Shown: positions 33,545-44,133 of the stretch, one piece after another | Position numbering within the stretch: position 1 is the stretch's first letter | How the letters are laid out: each line of letters opens with the position of its first letter | NCBI GenBank assembly: GCA_965644315.1 | Contig: CBFFRQ010000075.1 | Location: 51,898 to 115,897, forward strand | DNA from: Caecitellus pseudoparvulus | Lineage: Eukaryota > Protista > Bigyra: Bicosoecida | DNA: 64,000 nt | Direction: 5' to 3' | The notes under the pieces: model-generated | Seen by the model: only the letters and a program-made list of their open reading frames with translations | Told to the model about the DNA's origin: nothing | Database searches by the model: none | Program-made: the position numbers and the translations under genes

Positions 33545-35251
33545 TTACTCTGCTTCTGAACTCCTAAGCCCCGAAGCCACGCCTTGCACAGTGCTTTCCA
33601 TGGCGGCGAGAAAAGCCTCTCCGCGTGGAGCGGTTGCGGCCCCGGCGCTCCACGCATGCTGCTGCATGCCTGCTGCCATGGCCAGCGCAAGCCACGTACT
33701 TGGCGGCCGCGGATGCAGGAGCGCGTCCCAGGGTGTGCTGGAGCCCAAGTCGGGCGCCTCTGCGAAGATGCGCAGCACTCGCTCCACCTCCTCTGCGTAA
33801 GGCGCCTGCAGCTGCGAGCTCCACGCGCTGGCGGTGGATGTGTCGGAAGGCTGCGCTGTCCACTGCGCGACACGGCCACCCGGCAAGCTGGCGGCGTGGG
33901 CCGTGCCAGGCACGCTGGGCAGCGCCTGCAGTGCTGAGAGGTACACTTCCTCCGCCCCCACTGCAAAGGGGACGGAGTGCCACGTCACCAACATGTCCTG
34001 GCACGGCGTCGCCTCCTCTGCTTCATACCCGAACGCGCCACCTGCCGTGGCAAGCGCCTGCTGCAGCTGCTGCACGGCGGAGTCACGCCACCCACACGCT
34101 GTCCGCGAAGGGGCAGTTGCAGAGGACTTCCGTGCTCCTGGACGCCGGCGCTTGGGGCCTGAGGGGGCTGCTGCCGCTGCCCCGCTGCACTGGCCACAGG
34201 GGCAGGGGCTAGCTGCCAGTGCCGTCTGCACTGCTTGGACTAGGGCGGTTGCCAGGTGTCCAGCGGAAGGCGAGGCGGCGGCAAGGAGGCGCAGGGCAGC
34301 CAGGATGCCGTCCATGCCTGTGGAGGCAGGCCCCCGCCCGCGCTTGCGCCGCCCACCTCCACCTCGCGGCTTGCCCAGCGTAGGGAAGGCAGCTGCCAGC
34401 TCAGGGGGCGCTGTGTACGTGTCACAGCCACACATGACCGCGAGGGCGGGCGCCGCGTGCGGTGGCAACTGCATGACGGCGAAGATTCTCTCAGGGCAGA
34501 GGGCTGAGAGGGGCTGCGTCAAGGTGTGCAGGGCTGAGGGGGGCACGACGCGTGCGCCGCTGGCCAGGGTGCCTGCATGCACCAGCAGGTCTGAGTCATT
34601 GGACACGAGGATGGGGGCGCAGTGGGTGCCCTGCAGTCCGGACAGGAAGGCGCCGATGCCGTCATCCGCTTCTCCCTGGCACTGCACCACCTCCGCCCCC
34701 ACCGCGGCACAGGCATGCGCAAAGGCCGTGCCCAGCGCCGGAGGGCGGCTTGTGCCTGTTTCCAGGCGCCCTGGCTTCTGCACCTGCAGCTCAGCAGCTG
34801 CCCACAGCGCCAGCGCAGAGGCGGGCCCCTCGTGAAAGTGCAGCGTCGTGCTGAGTTTGCGCGTGACTGCGGCAGAGGCACTGGTGCGGCTTCGCCATGT
34901 GTCTAGCTTTTCCTTGGGCGTGCCGCCGTCCATGAACGCCACCACACGGCCTGACGGGCCTGCAGCCTCCAGCAGGCGCCCCACACGGCTCTGCACCAGT
35001 TCCATGTACTGATTCCACCCACCGCCACAGTCCCAGAGGCAGCGAACTGCCGTCTCAGCGCAGGAACAGGGTGCCTCGCAGGCACACCGTGAACCGAATT
35101 CCGCACGCTGTGCAGCCTGCACGGCAGCTAGGCAGTCGAACGCACAGCCCATGGCATCCAGTAGGACAAGGGCACCTGGTTCGATGGACACAGCCTCTGA
35201 AAATGCAGATGGACAGGCGTGAATCCACGATGTCAGCCCCCGAATGCCCAT
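33545..35251 (-). CDS. Asteroid/XPG-like PIN-domain nuclease
   Basis: MGIRGLTSWI, LLDAMG, VAFMDGG...KLDTWRSR, GEADD, SNDSDL and MCGCD: the acidic PIN/FEN1-superfamily motifs. Confidence 0.8.
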   Translation of the reverse strand: MGIRGLTSWIHACPSAFSEAVSIEPGALVLLDAMGCAFDCLAAVQAAQRAEFGSRCACEAPCSCAETAVRCLWDCGGGWNQYMELVQSRVGRLLEAAGPSGRVVAFMDGGTPKEKLDTWRSRTSASAAVTRKLSTTLHFHEGPASALALWAAAELQVQKPGRLETGTSRPPALGTAFAHACAAVGAEVVQCQGEADDGIGAFLSGLQGTHCAPILVSNDSDLLVHAGTLASGARVVPPSALHTLTQPLSALCPERIFAVMQLPPHAAPALAVMCGCDTYTAPPELAAAFPTLGKPRGGGGRRKRGRGPASTGMDGILAALRLLAAASPSAGHLATALVQAVQTALAASPCPCGQCSGAAAAAPSGPKRRRPGARKSSATAPSRTACGWRDSAVQQLQQALATAGGAFGYEAEEATPCQDMLVTWHSVPFAVGAEEVYLSALQALPSVPGTAHAASLPGGRVAQWTAQPSDTSTASAWSSQLQAPYAEEVERVLRIFAEAPDLGSSTPWDALLHPRPPSTWLALAMAAGMQQHAWSAGAATAPRGEAFLAAMESTVQGVASGLRSSEAE

Positions 35252-35414
35252 GTTCAATCCCACCCAGACCCTGTGGTGCTCGCCAAGCGGCGTGTCCTGG
35301 GCACCCCACGTGAGTGCCGCCGAACAGGCCTGGCTGCGACACACATGCGCTTGCATTGTCGATGTGGGGATTTGCCGTGAATGCCAAGGCTGCCCACAAC
35401 TGCGCAGGCCCGGC

Positions 35415-37574
35415 CTACTCCTCCGGCGCCGGGCAGAAGTCGTAGTAGATGTCCCCCCCCTGGTCCAGCCGCGCACAGCGCACGTAGTCAGAGAAGAGCG
35501 TGCGCCCCACCACTGCCGTGCCAGCGATGCTGCCGGCGACGAAGGACAACACCCAGGTCCAACCGCCAATACGGCTGAACCAAGCCGCGGACAGGCGCAC
35601 GGCTGACGTCTCCGTCAACAGCACCATGCCCAGCAACCAGTGCCGGGCACTGTGGAAGAGCGACGCCTCACCGCCGCTGCTGCCGGCCTCCTCGGCGTCA
35701 CAGGCCTTGGCGGCAGCGGCCGTGAACATGCTGGGCGTGACTTTGCCCCACAGGCCGCTGGCCTGCAGGCCGCCCAGGAAGGCGGCGTACTCCTCCGCCA
35801 CGCGGCGACGGGAGGCGGTGACGTCAGGGTCGCCAGCTCGCAGCACGGCCCGAGCACAGCAGGGGCAGCAGGCCAGGCAGCACCGTGTCTCGCACAGCTC
35901 CGCTTCGGGCTGGTGCTCTGCCAGCCGCGGGCTGGGCGACGTGGGCGAGGCGGCATCGCCCCCCTCCAAGCTGGGCGTGTGTCCGCTGCTGGGAGTGGGG
36001 TCGGGGGCTGCCCTCCCATGGGACGCGAAGGGACTGCTGGCGACAGCAGGGCCCGGCAATTGCTCGGCATCGTCCAGGAGCGAGGACGCCACTGCCGGTG
36101 GGGCTATCGCACCGCCCACCTGCTTGGTCACTTTGCTCCGCTGCTGCAGTTGCTGCATGCCCTCTTGCAGCGCCGCCACCATGCCTGCCCTGGTGCGCTT
36201 GGAGACGCAGAGGCTGGCGGAGGTGCAGAAGGCCAGGCTGGGGCCCAGGTCAGTCAGCAACTCCAGAGCATACTGCACAGCAACACGCAGCACCAAGTCG
36301 CCGGGGGCGATGGGCTGGCCCCCCACTCGGGCAGGCAGGCGGTACAGCAGAGACAGGGGCAGTGTTGTGAGGATGCCGATGTCCTCGCTCATGGTGTCCA
36401 GGAGCAGGAAGGAGTAATACGCGTGCAGGTCCTGCCGGCGCTCCTGTGCGCTGCGGCGAGGGCCTTTGTCCCGGCACGTGCAGCGGGCGAGGAGCCAGGC
36501 ATAGGCTTGGTCCCGGTACGGCATGGTGATGCGGAACAGCACCTCCACGACACTGGTGCCGAGGGCCAGGCCCAGGCTGGCTGCCGTGCTGTCCATGTTG
36601 GTGCCCAGCACACGCATGATGAGGGCGGAGGCGACGGTGATTTGCACCAGGAACACGTGCATGAGTGCGCGTGGAGTGGCCAGTGTGAATGTGCCGCGCA
36701 CGCTCAGGCGGATGCCGGCCAGGGACAACTCCACAGTCAGCGGCAACACCACCAGGCGAAGCAACACCTGCACCGACAGCGGCACGGAGAGGAAGATGGG
36801 AGTGATGATTTCCAGCACCAGCAGCACTGCGGCAACGGCTGTGGCGACGGTGCCCAGCATGAGGCCGTAGGGGCGCGTGATGAGGCCCGCGACGCCCCCT
36901 GCTACGAACAACGGCGTGATGATGGCCGGCACCAGCTGCACGGAGAACGCGGAGATGGTGGAGATGCTGGTGAGGGAGAGGGGCCCCTGCACGCGGAAAC
37001 CGGTGGTGTCCAGCACTGTGGACCACGTGGCGTGCATCGTGTTCACCAGCAGCACCGTGCCCACGACGCCGAAGAAAGTGCTCCACCTCACGAATGTGCG
37101 GCCCAGCAAGATCCACCACGGCAACACCATGGTGACGATGCTGTTCAGAGAAATGCCCATGGCAGACTGGGCCCAGCGCCAATACCACAGGGGGCTCTGT
37201 GTGCGGTGCGCAAGGTGAGTGCGGGCCAGGGGAATGGACAGTGTAGTGCCATCACGCCAGCGGAGTGCGGTTGCTGAGCGGGCGAGCGACACCAACTGAC
37301 GTGGCTTGCTGGGCCAGGACACTCACGGTCTTCCATGTGTCGGGATCCGAGCCGTACACATCCCAGTGTTCAATGATAAGTGTGGTGTTGGTGGAGATCT
37401 CGTATCCGCTGTCGCCTGCGAGGGTGGGCGGCAGAGGTGGAGGCAAGCAATGCAGTCGCAGGGACGGCGGCCGCAGCACGCACGCGCAGTGGAGTACCAC
37501 GTCTGCACGAGGAGAAACTGCAGCGCCACGACAGCACTGGCAAGTAATGCGGTGGCAAAGGCCACGGTCTTCAT
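35415..37574 (-). CDS. Uncharacterised multi-pass membrane protein, multi-exon; may extend further 5'
   Basis: At least 8 hydrophobic segments in ORF 35415-37322. Upstream exons MKTVAFATALL... and GDSGYEIS...TWKT are bounded by GT/AG sites. Confidence 0.55.
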
Positions 37575-38712
37575 GTGTAGCTTCTCGCGGCTGAACAGAG
37601 GGAGTGCACCAAAGTGAGCGGCATGTGTGCGGCGCAGGCACCGGCGCAGACTGCCGACAAGCCGCCGCAGAGGACGCACAGGGAGATGGTGAAGAAGGAA
37701 ATGGGGTCATTGCCCACAAGTTTGAAGGGCGGCGTGCCCGCACCCTCCATGGCTCACTGGCGTGGGTGGTGTGGCGCGGCAAAGGGTGCAAGGGGGAGCT
37801 GGCGACCTCGCAACTCGCAGCTGCGGTGTCGAACGCACACCGTGCCAGGCACAGGTGCGGTGCGCCTGAGCTGGGCCAACCTGCGCCAGCCCCATGAGTT
37901 GAGTGTTTGTATTGTGTCCGGCTCTCCAGGCTGCCTTTGTTCGGGGTGCGAGTGTGGCCCACTTGCCAGGGTGCGCCGGTGTCGCTGTGGCAGGGCAGTT
38001 GCGTCGCAAGCGTGCGGCCAATGGAGCGACCACACCCAGACCTGAAAGGTTCACCCACATGCGCTCAAGCATGCACGTCCTGCACCATTTCTACTTGTGC
38101 TCCTTCGCTCCGGCTGGCACGGGGGCTGCAACTCTGCAGCGGAAATTGAATGAGAAACGCCTGCCCTTTGTGCTGGGCTGCAGTACAGGGCGCACACGGC
38201 ACTCACGCAGCATCGGCAGGAGCAGCATGGACCCGTCGGTATGCCATGAGTGCGTCAGCTACGAAACGGATGGGGTCCTCTGGCTTCGTTGTGGCCAGCT
38301 GCTTCAAGGCGCCTTCCACGGCAGCCTGCAGCTCAGGGTGGTCTGCGCAAGTGGGAGTCAAACCGCGTGGGCAGGTCCACCTTACGACGCCCTCTCATGC
38401 GTCTTGGTCACACACCTTTCAGGTATGCGTCCATGCTGCGGTGCTGGAGCTGACCACGCCTTTACACGCGAAAGAGAGGGCGTAGCTGGGAAAGCCCACA
38501 CACAACAAGCCCAGGCCCAAGCCGCGGTGGACGGCACTGAGAGGAAGGAAACACAACTGAGAAGACGCCACAGGACAGACCTGAGACAAGCTGCCGATCG
38601 CACTTGCTGGCGTGTATTTGGTATTTGCTGGGTGACGTCTGCCGGCGGGTGCTGCAGCGTGTCGGCACGTAACGCTGGGTCCAAACCACAGTGTGCTCTG
38701 CAGCTTGCCACA

Positions 38713-41364
38713 ATGGACCAGCTCCCGCTAGCGATGCAGGAGCTGCTGCAAGCAGGTCCCAGCAGCAGCTCCCAGCCCCTCGCGCTCTTGCCGTCCTCGA
38801 AGCACGGCCTGGTGGGTGCTGGCCGCCCAGTCTGGCGTTGAGCGGCGTTTCACTGCACCTCCTCCCCTGTACAGCAACGGGTGGTGTATGGCGATGACAG
38901 CGGGTGCATCACGGCGTTCGAGATGAATCGCGGAGCTCCTGTAGTGAGTGCACTATGCATGTCCCGTGTTGCAGCGACGCTGCAAGCCCCTGCCATGCGC
39001 GTCTCTGCACAGCGAGCCTTCCGAACGCCAGCGACAGAGGTGGGCGTCTCTGCACTGGCCATTGGCGGTGCGCCCAGCAAGCGCGACAAGGTGAGGCCCC
39101 GATGCGACGGTGCTGCAGGGGCCTTGCCCCAGGCACGTGTGCGCCCCCCCCCCTGCGCTGTGCAGGTGTTTGCAGCGGCGGGCGACACGGTGACGGGCAT
39201 CAGCCGCAAGGGCAAGACGTTCTTCCAGTTCGGCACAAACCTGTCCGACCCCGTGTCCAGCATGTGGGTGGGGGAGACCGACATCCACGCCGTGGCTGGC
39301 AGCAGCTACACCATCTTCGACAACGGGCAGGAGGCGGAGTTCTTCCTGGCCCCCGCCCCCATCGGGCAGATGCGCATGGCGCAGCTGACACAGCCAGACA
39401 AGGCAGATGCCGTGCTGGGCTGCGCTGACCGGGCTGTCCGGATCATCGCCGGCTCCACACCCGCCTTTGAAGTGCCGGTGGACCAGCCTGTGGGCGCACT
39501 GGCAGTGTTCCCCCCCGGCTCCACCAGCACACACATGGCAGTGGGCGGGACGTCAGGGCAGCTGTCCATGCTGACCGGCACAGGGCACACGCTGCGCCGA
39601 GGGTGGGCCGTGGAGAACCTGGGCAAGCACCGCGGCGGCGGCGTCACAGCGCTTGCGCCGTGGGATGGAGCAGGGGACGGCCTGCCTGCCCTCGTCGTGG
39701 GGCGGGACGACGGCAAGGTGCAGGTGTGGCGGTGGGAGGAGGGTGGCGTGGGCAGCGCGCCGCCCTCGTGCCAGTTCACAGGGCAGCTGGGGGAGAGCGT
39801 GCGGTGCCTGGAGACGGGCTGTGTCACCAGCTCCCAGGCGGCGCAGGTGGTGGCTAGCACCTTTGGCGGGCGCCTGGTGGCCTTCACGTCGGAGGCGCTG
39901 GGGGATGCGGACGCCGACGACGCGTATGGGCGCAGCAAGGCCACGGTGCAGGCTGAGGGGCACATCACCGCCCTGCGGGCCGAGTTGAAGGAGATGGGCG
40001 CGCAGCTGGCCCAGCGCCGGGCGAAGCTCATCACGTCAGCGGCGGCGGGGGGGGCGGCGCCGGCGGCAGTGCTGGGCACGGCAGCTGGTCCCGCCGGCCC
40101 CGCTGCCGAGGCCCCCGCTGACGAAGGCCTGTTCGCCGCCATGGCAGCCTCCAGTGCTGTGGGTGGCATTGGGGATGAGGAGGCGGTGTCCGTGACGGCG
40201 CCAGCCAAGGCGGGCGCGGGGGGCGGGTCCGGGCACGAGGAGGAGGCTGTGGCGGGTGTCCTGGCCATCGCCGCGCCGCTGACCCTGGAGCATGCCTGCA
40301 CGCTGGACACGGCTGAAGCAGCGTACGTGTTCAGCGTGGAGGTGTCTGCGCCGCTGGACGTCATCGTGCTACGCAGCAGCCTGCGCCTGGATGTGCTGGA
40401 CACCGGCACACTGCTGTGCAGTGCCTGCCTGCCCACACCGGGCACCGAGGACGTGTACGTGGCCACCTTGCGTGCCCAGAGCGCCCAGGAGCGCCAGGCA
40501 CGCGTCAAGTTCCGGGTGGTGGAGGGCACGGCGGGGTACCTGCACGCGACGGTGGTGGTGCGCACAGCGCCCAAGGCAGCCCGCACCCTGCAGCACTCCA
40601 TCGCACCGCTGTCCCTGCACCACCGCCTGCACACCACCCCGGCAGCACCCCTGCCGCCCCTGCACCTGCTGGACATCACCGGCACCTTCACCTTGAAGCA
40701 GGCTCACGACTGGATGGGCGCCTGTGTCCCAGACATGCCCGGGCGCCCCTTCCTCGCCCCCCTGGCCAGCCTGCCCGTCACGCACGCAGGCGCGCCGGAG
40801 CCGCCGGCCGACGACCAAGGAGCGCAGGAGGGCGAGCGTCTGTGGTTTGCCTCTGCATTCCTGGGCACCCTGCTGCACTTCGCGGCGGTGGAGGGGCGCG
40901 CCGTCGTGCAGTCGGACTCTGCCTCCGCCATCGCCATCGTCAAGGAGCGCTTCATGGCGGCAGCCACTGCAGGCAAGCAGCGCATCCAGCCTACCTTCAC
41001 CCTGGCCCCCGCCGCCACGCCTCACGTGCTGGGCCTCCTGCACCCCAAGCTGGACGAGGCGCTGCGCCTGAGCCGCCATGCAGACCTGGCCCCCGCCCTG
41101 GCCGAGCTGGCTGCCGCGGAGCCCTCCCTGCCCTTCCTGGACCCCGCCCTGGCCAGCATACTCAAGGGCGGCGACCGCCTGGCTGCCGCGGCGGCCAAGG
41201 CGCCCGACACCCTCAAGGTGCTGCGGGGCATGGTCAGCGACCTGTACGTGGACACACGCCGCCTGCAGGGGCAGGACGGCGTGGGGGACATGCAGCGTCT
41301 GCAGGGGCTGTTGACAGCCTATGACCAGCAGGCTCTCCTGCGCTTTTTCGAGGGCCGAGCGTGA
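38713..41364 (+). CDS. BBS7: Bardet-Biedl syndrome 7 (BBSome subunit); introns 38812-38874, 38944-39012 and 39091-39165
   Basis: QRVVYGDDSG, ALAIGG...DK|VFAAAG..VTGISRKGKTFFQFGTNL, LGCADR, VVGRDDG.VQ, IAPLSLHHR, GTFTLKQAHDW, SDSASAIAIVKE and GMVSDLYVD. Confidence 0.92.
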
Positions 41365-41365
41365 G

Positions 41366-42706
41366 TCACGGCGCGCCGGCCCCCGCAGGCAGGGCGGGGG
41401 GCGCATCCTGCACCTTGAAGTCCGCCCCTGCCGCAGCCACCAAGGCCTGCTTGAGGGCGCTGCGCATGTGGTCGGGGGCCCAGCAGTACCAGAAGGAGGC
41501 GAAGGGGCTGGTGCGCTCGCCGCGTGTGCCAGTGTGCCCCCGCTTGGGCGGCGCCAGGCCCCGCGGCGTCCAGTACGCGTACCGGCGGGTGGGAATGATG
41601 TACAGCATGCCAGAGGTCTTGGGCTCCGAAGGCGCCAGGTAGTACGCCTTGTCAGCGACGTAGGCGGGCATGAGGGCGGCCCAGGGTTTGTCCGAGCTGC
41701 GCAGGTACTGCAGCAGGCGCTGGGGGTGGTCGCCGGAGTACGGCGGGTTGGTCACCAGCACGTCATGGGCAGGCACGGCGCCCTTCTCCGCCATGGCGTA
41801 GAAGTCCTCGTTGGCGTTGTGCACGTGGGGAAAGCCCACACGCGCCAGGCGTCGGCGCACTGCCCCAGCACAGAAGTATGGATCGTACAGCTGCAGGGCG
41901 GCGGGGTCTGCCACGCCCAGCTGCGCCGCCAGTGCCACTAGCCACGGCTTGACGTGCTGGTATGCCTCTGGCGGCGTCTCGCAGTGGTCCATGGCGTCCA
42001 CGGGGAAGGCGTGTGCCAGGGCGGACGCATCCACACGGGGGGTGCCGCTGCCCTCGGGCACCTCCAGCTGCCCATCAGCCGGCATGACCAGGGTGGGGAT
42101 GCCTGACTGCAGCTCTGCCAGGTGCTCCGCCCGGGCGCCTGGCGCTGTAGTGGGCGTGTACCACTGCACCGCATGTCCACTGGGCAACTCCTCGCCGCCT
42201 GCGCCCAGGCGCCCCACCGCCCAATGCAAGCCGTCCGCAGCCCCGTCAAACAACACCACCTGGCGTGCTTCATCCAACAGCAGCTGGCCGCGGCTGGTCT
42301 GCACGGTGGGCAGGGCGGTGGCTGGCACCTTGAAGGCGACGGTGAAGACGTCTCGAGCTGAGTTGGCCGCCGCCACGGCCGCCGCTGCCGCTGTGGCGGA
42401 CTGCCGGGACTTGCCCTGGGCCAGGGCGCGACGGGCGAGCTTGTTCAGCCACTTGACCGGGATGTCCTCTGGCGCCATGGACAGCGCCGCGTGCAGGCGC
42501 TGCACACGGTCAGCTGCGCTGCCGCCCACCATGAGGCTGCGGCGAGCCAGCTCTGCCGACAGCTGTTCCTTCGACAGGCCTTGGACTTCCTCCAGGGTGG
42601 ACGTCGCACACAAGGTCGTTTCAGTGGAGCGAGGCTTCTTGCCTTGCTTGCCGGGCGCACCTCCCGCGCCAGCGTGGGGCCGCTTCGTTCCTCGACGACG
42701 CGGCAT
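41366..42706 (-). CDS. SAP-domain + NPPY-type amino-methyltransferase-like protein
   Basis: SAP of the Sde2/SF3A3 type: GLSKEQLSAELARRSLMVGGSAADRVQRL. MTase-like core: DHCETP, LYDPYFCAG, NEDFY, DVLVTNPPYS, PWAALMP. Confidence 0.7.
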   Translation of the reverse strand: MPRRRGTKRPHAGAGGAPGKQGKKPRSTETTLCATSTLEEVQGLSKEQLSAELARRSLMVGGSAADRVQRLHAALSMAPEDIPVKWLNKLARRALAQGKSRQSATAAAAAVAAANSARDVFTVAFKVPATALPTVQTSRGQLLLDEARQVVLFDGAADGLHWAVGRLGAGGEELPSGHAVQWYTPTTAPGARAEHLAELQSGIPTLVMPADGQLEVPEGSGTPRVDASALAHAFPVDAMDHCETPPEAYQHVKPWLVALAAQLGVADPAALQLYDPYFCAGAVRRRLARVGFPHVHNANEDFYAMAEKGAVPAHDVLVTNPPYSGDHPQRLLQYLRSSDKPWAALMPAYVADKAYYLAPSEPKTSGMLYIIPTRRYAYWTPRGLAPPKRGHTGTRGERTSPFASFWYCWAPDHMRSALKQALVAAAGADFKVQDAPPALPAGAGAP

Positions 42707-42883
42707 GCTGGAAACAATTTCCGCTCTCAGCACGCGCAGGCGCTGCGGCGTCTGGCGTGGCAAAACGTAACCTCCCACACACGCGCCATGCGTGAAATTG
42801 GGAAGCTAAAGCGGCGGACTTGGGGTTACTTTCAGTTTTGCACACGGCACGTGAAGTGGCAACGCCTGCACTTTGCGCATTGC

Positions 42884-43891
42884 ATGGCAGCAGCAGATTC
42901 CGCACTGGCAGGCGCAGGCGTTGAGGGGGCCCCGCCTTCGCAGGCAAAGCCTGGGCCGGCACCAAGTGCACCTGCACCCTCCTCAAGTGACACATGTGCC
43001 TACTTTGAGCCTGCGATCGGCCCAGCTGGGGACGCAGCCGCGCTGCGGCGGCTCTTCTCAGCATGGGGTGGCGTGGCTCGTGTGGACCTGCCCCGCTACC
43101 TGCACAGCTCCCAAGTCAAAGGCTACGCCTTCCTGCACTTTGAAAAGGCGGGCGACATGGAAGCTGCGTGCAGAGCCTTCGAGGGGGGCATGCCCAGCAC
43201 GTGCCCCGCCCTGCCCCTGCCGCGGCAGCAGGAGTGGCGGGAGGTGGAGCAGAGCGTGCAAGAGGGCGCCCTGCCCGCCCTGCGCCTCATTCCCCGCGCC
43301 ACCTGGGCGCAATACAAGGCTGTTTGGTCCAGCACCCAGGCGCGAGCGCGAACTGAGGCTGTGGGGCAGCCCCCCATCCACCGCTGCCTCGTGCGCGTCT
43401 TCGGTCTGCCGGCGACAGGGGTGCGGTACGCTGAGCTGCGCCAGCGCCTCGCCGAGCTGGCGCCCGTGGCGTACTTGGACTTCCCCCATGCGGTGGATGC
43501 GCCTGCACGGGCGGTGTACCCCCCCCTAGGCTCCGTGCCAGCGGGGGCTCCCACTGCCTCGGACAGCACCCCCGTGCCGCAGATCCCACCCGGGCAAGCC
43601 ATTGTGCGGTTCAGCAGTGCGTCTGGCGCGGCGTTTGCCCTGCGGGCCAGCCAGGCTGTGCACCTCCTGCTGCATGGGCGGCGCCTGCACCTGTTTCGCA
43701 TCCAGGGGGGGGAGGCGCAGGCGTACGCTCGCACGGTGGCTGGACGACAGGCGGCCTCGTCTGCCCTGCACCACGGCAAGCGTGGCAGGGACAGGGAGTG
43801 CAGCGCCCGCCCCACCACGCCGCCCCCCAGCAAGCGCCCTGCCCGGAAGCGGTCGCGTAGCCCGCAGAGCCAGGGTGGCGACGAGGCGTAA
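42884..43891 (+). CDS. LARP7-like RNA-binding protein (RRM + xRRM, no La motif seen)
   Basis: RRM LFSAWGGVARVDLPRY...KGYAFLHFE, linker LRLIPRATWAQYK, and xRRM CLVRV...VAYLDF...AIVRF...IQGGEAQAY. Basic C-terminal NLS-like tail. Confidence 0.7.
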   Translation: MAAADSALAGAGVEGAPPSQAKPGPAPSAPAPSSSDTCAYFEPAIGPAGDAAALRRLFSAWGGVARVDLPRYLHSSQVKGYAFLHFEKAGDMEAACRAFEGGMPSTCPALPLPRQQEWREVEQSVQEGALPALRLIPRATWAQYKAVWSSTQARARTEAVGQPPIHRCLVRVFGLPATGVRYAELRQRLAELAPVAYLDFPHAVDAPARAVYPPLGSVPAGAPTASDSTPVPQIPPGQAIVRFSSASGAAFALRASQAVHLLLHGRRLHLFRIQGGEAQAYARTVAGRQAASSALHHGKRGRDRECSARPTTPPPSKRPARKRSRSPQSQGGDEA

Positions 43892-44133
43892 GGCAGTCTC
43901 AGCCGCCGCACGTGCAGCAGGAGCGAGGGGCGGACAATTCACACGCAAGCGGGTGCAGCTCGATGGAGAGCCCCCCTGCTGTGCAGCAGGCACCGTCAGT
44001 GCTGCGTGTGCCTCGTGGGGTTGGCAGCCCACCCCTCTCTCTGTTGAAGCGGGGGGCTTGCCGCACACCACCTTCCCCAGCTGCGTGTGTGTCGGGCGAC
44101 GCCGCGACTTGCGCGAGCACGTGAGCCTGCAGC

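Noticed and set aside
11456-41364. Ciliary gene cluster (CFAP73, MORN3, BBS7)
   Set aside because: The genes are scattered among unrelated housekeeping genes at a density unremarkable for a flagellate.
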